Part shown: positions 57,795-64,000 of the stretch, piece by piece
Numbering within the stretch: position 1 is the stretch's first letter
How the letters are laid out: every line of letters begins with the position of its first letter
NCBI RefSeq assembly: GCF_009914755.1
Contig: NC_060932.1
Length of the DNA stretch: 64,000 nucleotides
Source: the human T2T-CHM13v2.0 reference genome, Homo sapiens
Strand: one strand, 5' to 3'
Made by a program: the position numbers and the translations under genes
The notes under the pieces: model-generated
Seen by the model: the letters and a program-made list of their open reading frames with translations, nothing else
Databases searched by the model: none
What the model was told of the DNA's origin: nothing

Positions 57795-58775
57795 TGAAAC
57801 AGGATAGTTCCCTGACCCCTTCTTGGGACCTGTGACAGGGGTGCCTCATTTGCACAACCTGCAGTTCTCAACTCCTTGCAGGAGGGAGTGTGTGAGTGAA
57901 TGAGGTGGGAACTGGAGTGCATGAGCACTGGAACCAGCTGGCTGCTTCAGTGCCAGCAGTGGCAAACTCCACTCACTGGGACCTGATGTGTTCCAACCCT
58001 TGAAGGAGGGAGAACACAGGTGCAGGGTGCAGGGGCCAAGGTGCAGGGGCCAAGGTGAGCACTTTTGAGCATTGGCAGGAGCAAACACAGTGCGGGCCCT
58101 GCGCCCGCATCTGGAGAGGTTCCAGTGACCCTTGAAGCTCCAGAGGGCATGTTACAGTGCTCCTTTAGCTCTGCCATCTGCTAACAACTGTGAACAGCTC
58201 AGTGGGCCCTCTTCCTTTTCATGTGAGGTGGTAGCTCTCTGCCAGCAAGGGCAAAGAGCCAGTGTGACAGTCTTTTGCATCCGCACTCATGGCTCCCGAG
58301 CTCTTGTCTGGTGTCCAGGAAAAATGAAGTCATGTGAGCAAATTGAAGTATGGTAAATGCAGGGGATTTTATTGCTGATGAAAGTGGCTCTCAGTGGGAA
58401 GGGGAGCCGAAAAGGGGATGGGGTGGGAAGGTAATCTTCTCTTGAAGTCCAGCCATCTCCAGCCAGATTCTTCTCTGAAGTTATGCCATCAAGCTGTCCT
58501 TCTGAAATCAAGCCACTTCTCTTCAATGTCAAGCCATAGTCCCTGACGTCCAGCTGCTTCTCCTCTGTGCCAGCTGAGTCTGGGGTCTTTATAGGCACAG
58601 GATGGGGGTGGAATAGGACCATGGGTGGTTTAGGAAAAGGCAACATTCAAGTGAGAAAACAGGGATATTAGTTCTCACTTTGGGCTGCAGTCTCAGGCTT
58701 TTCAGCTTGAGGTTCAGCCTTAGTTGGGGACCTGCCTTTTTCTGCCTAAAATTTCTCTGCCTCCCATCTCTGTCA
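57795..58775 (-). mobile_element. ERV1 solo LTR (LTR1/LTR27/LTR28, HUERS-type)
   Basis: Minus strand reads TGACAGAGATGGGAGGCAGAGAAATTTTAGGCAG...GGGGTCAGGGAACTATCCTGTTTCA. Perfect 4-bp TSD ATAT (57791-57794, 58776-58779). Confidence 0.85.
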
Positions 58776-58789
58776 ATATCATAGGCTAC

Positions 58790-59420
58790 TTATTGATTCA
58801 ATTATTCATTCATTCATACATTCCCTCCACAGACATGTTATTGGGTGTCTGGTGAGGCAATAAAATTGAGATTCACATTTTATAAAGTCCACCCAGGCAG
58901 CAATGTGGTAAATAGGTTTGGTGATGTGAGTCTTAATGAATGAAAATTACTGGAAAGCAGTAGCTTTAATTTTAAGGTCCCAAAGTAAACAATAAAAGGA
59001 AAAATAAGTTGCTACATAATATCAATTTTTGTGAATAACAATGAATAAAGGCATGTTGATCAATGTGTTTTATGTATGCACAGTTATAAAAAGTTTGCAT
59101 GAAAATATCAGAGAATGAACAGAGCATGAAAATAATGCATTTAAGTTTGGATAGACAGAGGTTTAGTTATCTGTGGGAAAATTAATGTGACAATATCACT
59201 GCGTGTTTGATGCTGGTGTCGTTAAGGGTATCAGGGAATGGTCATACTTAGTTTATAGGTTGTTTAGCTAATCAAAGTAACTCATGGGATGATACAGTTG
59301 TGTAGAGTGAGATGAGATAAAAACACTGGAGATAACTTCTGTAAGCAACAGTGATTCAGAAACATCTCTGAGATTATTAATCTCTGAAAAAGAAGATTAA
59401 AAGGAACAGCAATAAGGACT
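58790..59420 (-). mobile_element. L2 remnant
   Basis: attcattcattcat...ttattgggtgtct 3' end signature followed by degenerate purine-rich L2-like sequence. Confidence 0.5.
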
Positions 59421-59979
59421 TCCTTTTTTGGCTGTGACAGAATAATTCTAGAAAATTGTATGAGGTATTTGTCAACAAGTAAACAATTCTGACATTTGAG
59501 AAAGGAAAAATAGATGAAATGAGTTACATGTTTCTAAGGCAATATATATTTTTCTTGTATATACTTAAAGGGTAATTCAGATAAAAAATGAGAAAGAATG
59601 TACAGAAAAGACATTTGAAAAAATAATGACTCCAAATTTTCTCAACAAGTTGAAGAAAGTCAGTACTTGTATCCAAGAAGCTAAGTGAATCTCAGGCAAG
59701 ATAAATATAAATAAACTTTTGTTCATGAAAACTACTTCTGTTAACAAGGCTGCAAGTCCAGGCTTTTTTACCCTAGACTGATTTCTTACCTTAGACTAGC
59801 CTGACCCAACTTCGTCAACATGGTAGTTCAACTAGGATGAAGCTATATTTGAAAGCCATTAGGTTTGCTGCTTCAGGGTGGGGTGGGAGGAAAAAGGGAA
59901 TTACTATATTTGTTGGAGTATTGTTGATTACACTGGCAGTTATGTTGTCAGGAGAACATGGAGGACTAACTATCCTGCT

Positions 59980-64000
<4,021 letters not shown>

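Noticed and set aside
58020-58056. ggtgcaggggccaa tandem repeat
   Set aside because: Small slippage duplication within an LTR with no further structure.

Overview
This is primate genomic DNA, almost certainly human: it carries an AluYa5-like insertion and the spliced peptide matches my recollection of human ADAM18. The window lies inside a large AT-rich gene on the + strand, which I identify as ADAM18 (tMDC III, a testis/sperm ADAM of the 8p11 cluster). Six internal GT-AG coding exons (13002-13097, 17202-17400, 26634-26739, 29240-29429, 41803-41883, 55993-56107; 787 nt) splice into one open frame. That frame encodes most of the disintegrin domain (with the ECD loop), the cysteine-rich domain and the EGF-like domain. 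Neither the start nor the transmembrane/stop exons are in the window. The rest is intron, densely filled with nested transposable elements: L1s of many ages, about 9 Alus, solo LTRs (HML-2 LTR5B-like, THE1A, LTR2, LTR1-like), MaLR and ERVL proviral remnants, MER2 and Tigger7/MER44. Nearly all ORFs in the supplied track are L1/Alu/LTR remnants or chance ORFs. I found no convincing novel biological system. The most notable unexplained signals are several local templated duplications (a ~150-bp inverted repeat, a copy of the pre-exon intron sequence, and a local copy captured inside a MER2), an internally deleted L1 whose antisense promoter and ORF0 point into an ADAM18 exon, and a young, possibly polymorphic AluYa5-like insertion. 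Repeat subfamily calls come from recalled consensus features and were not computed; boundaries of old repeats are approximate.
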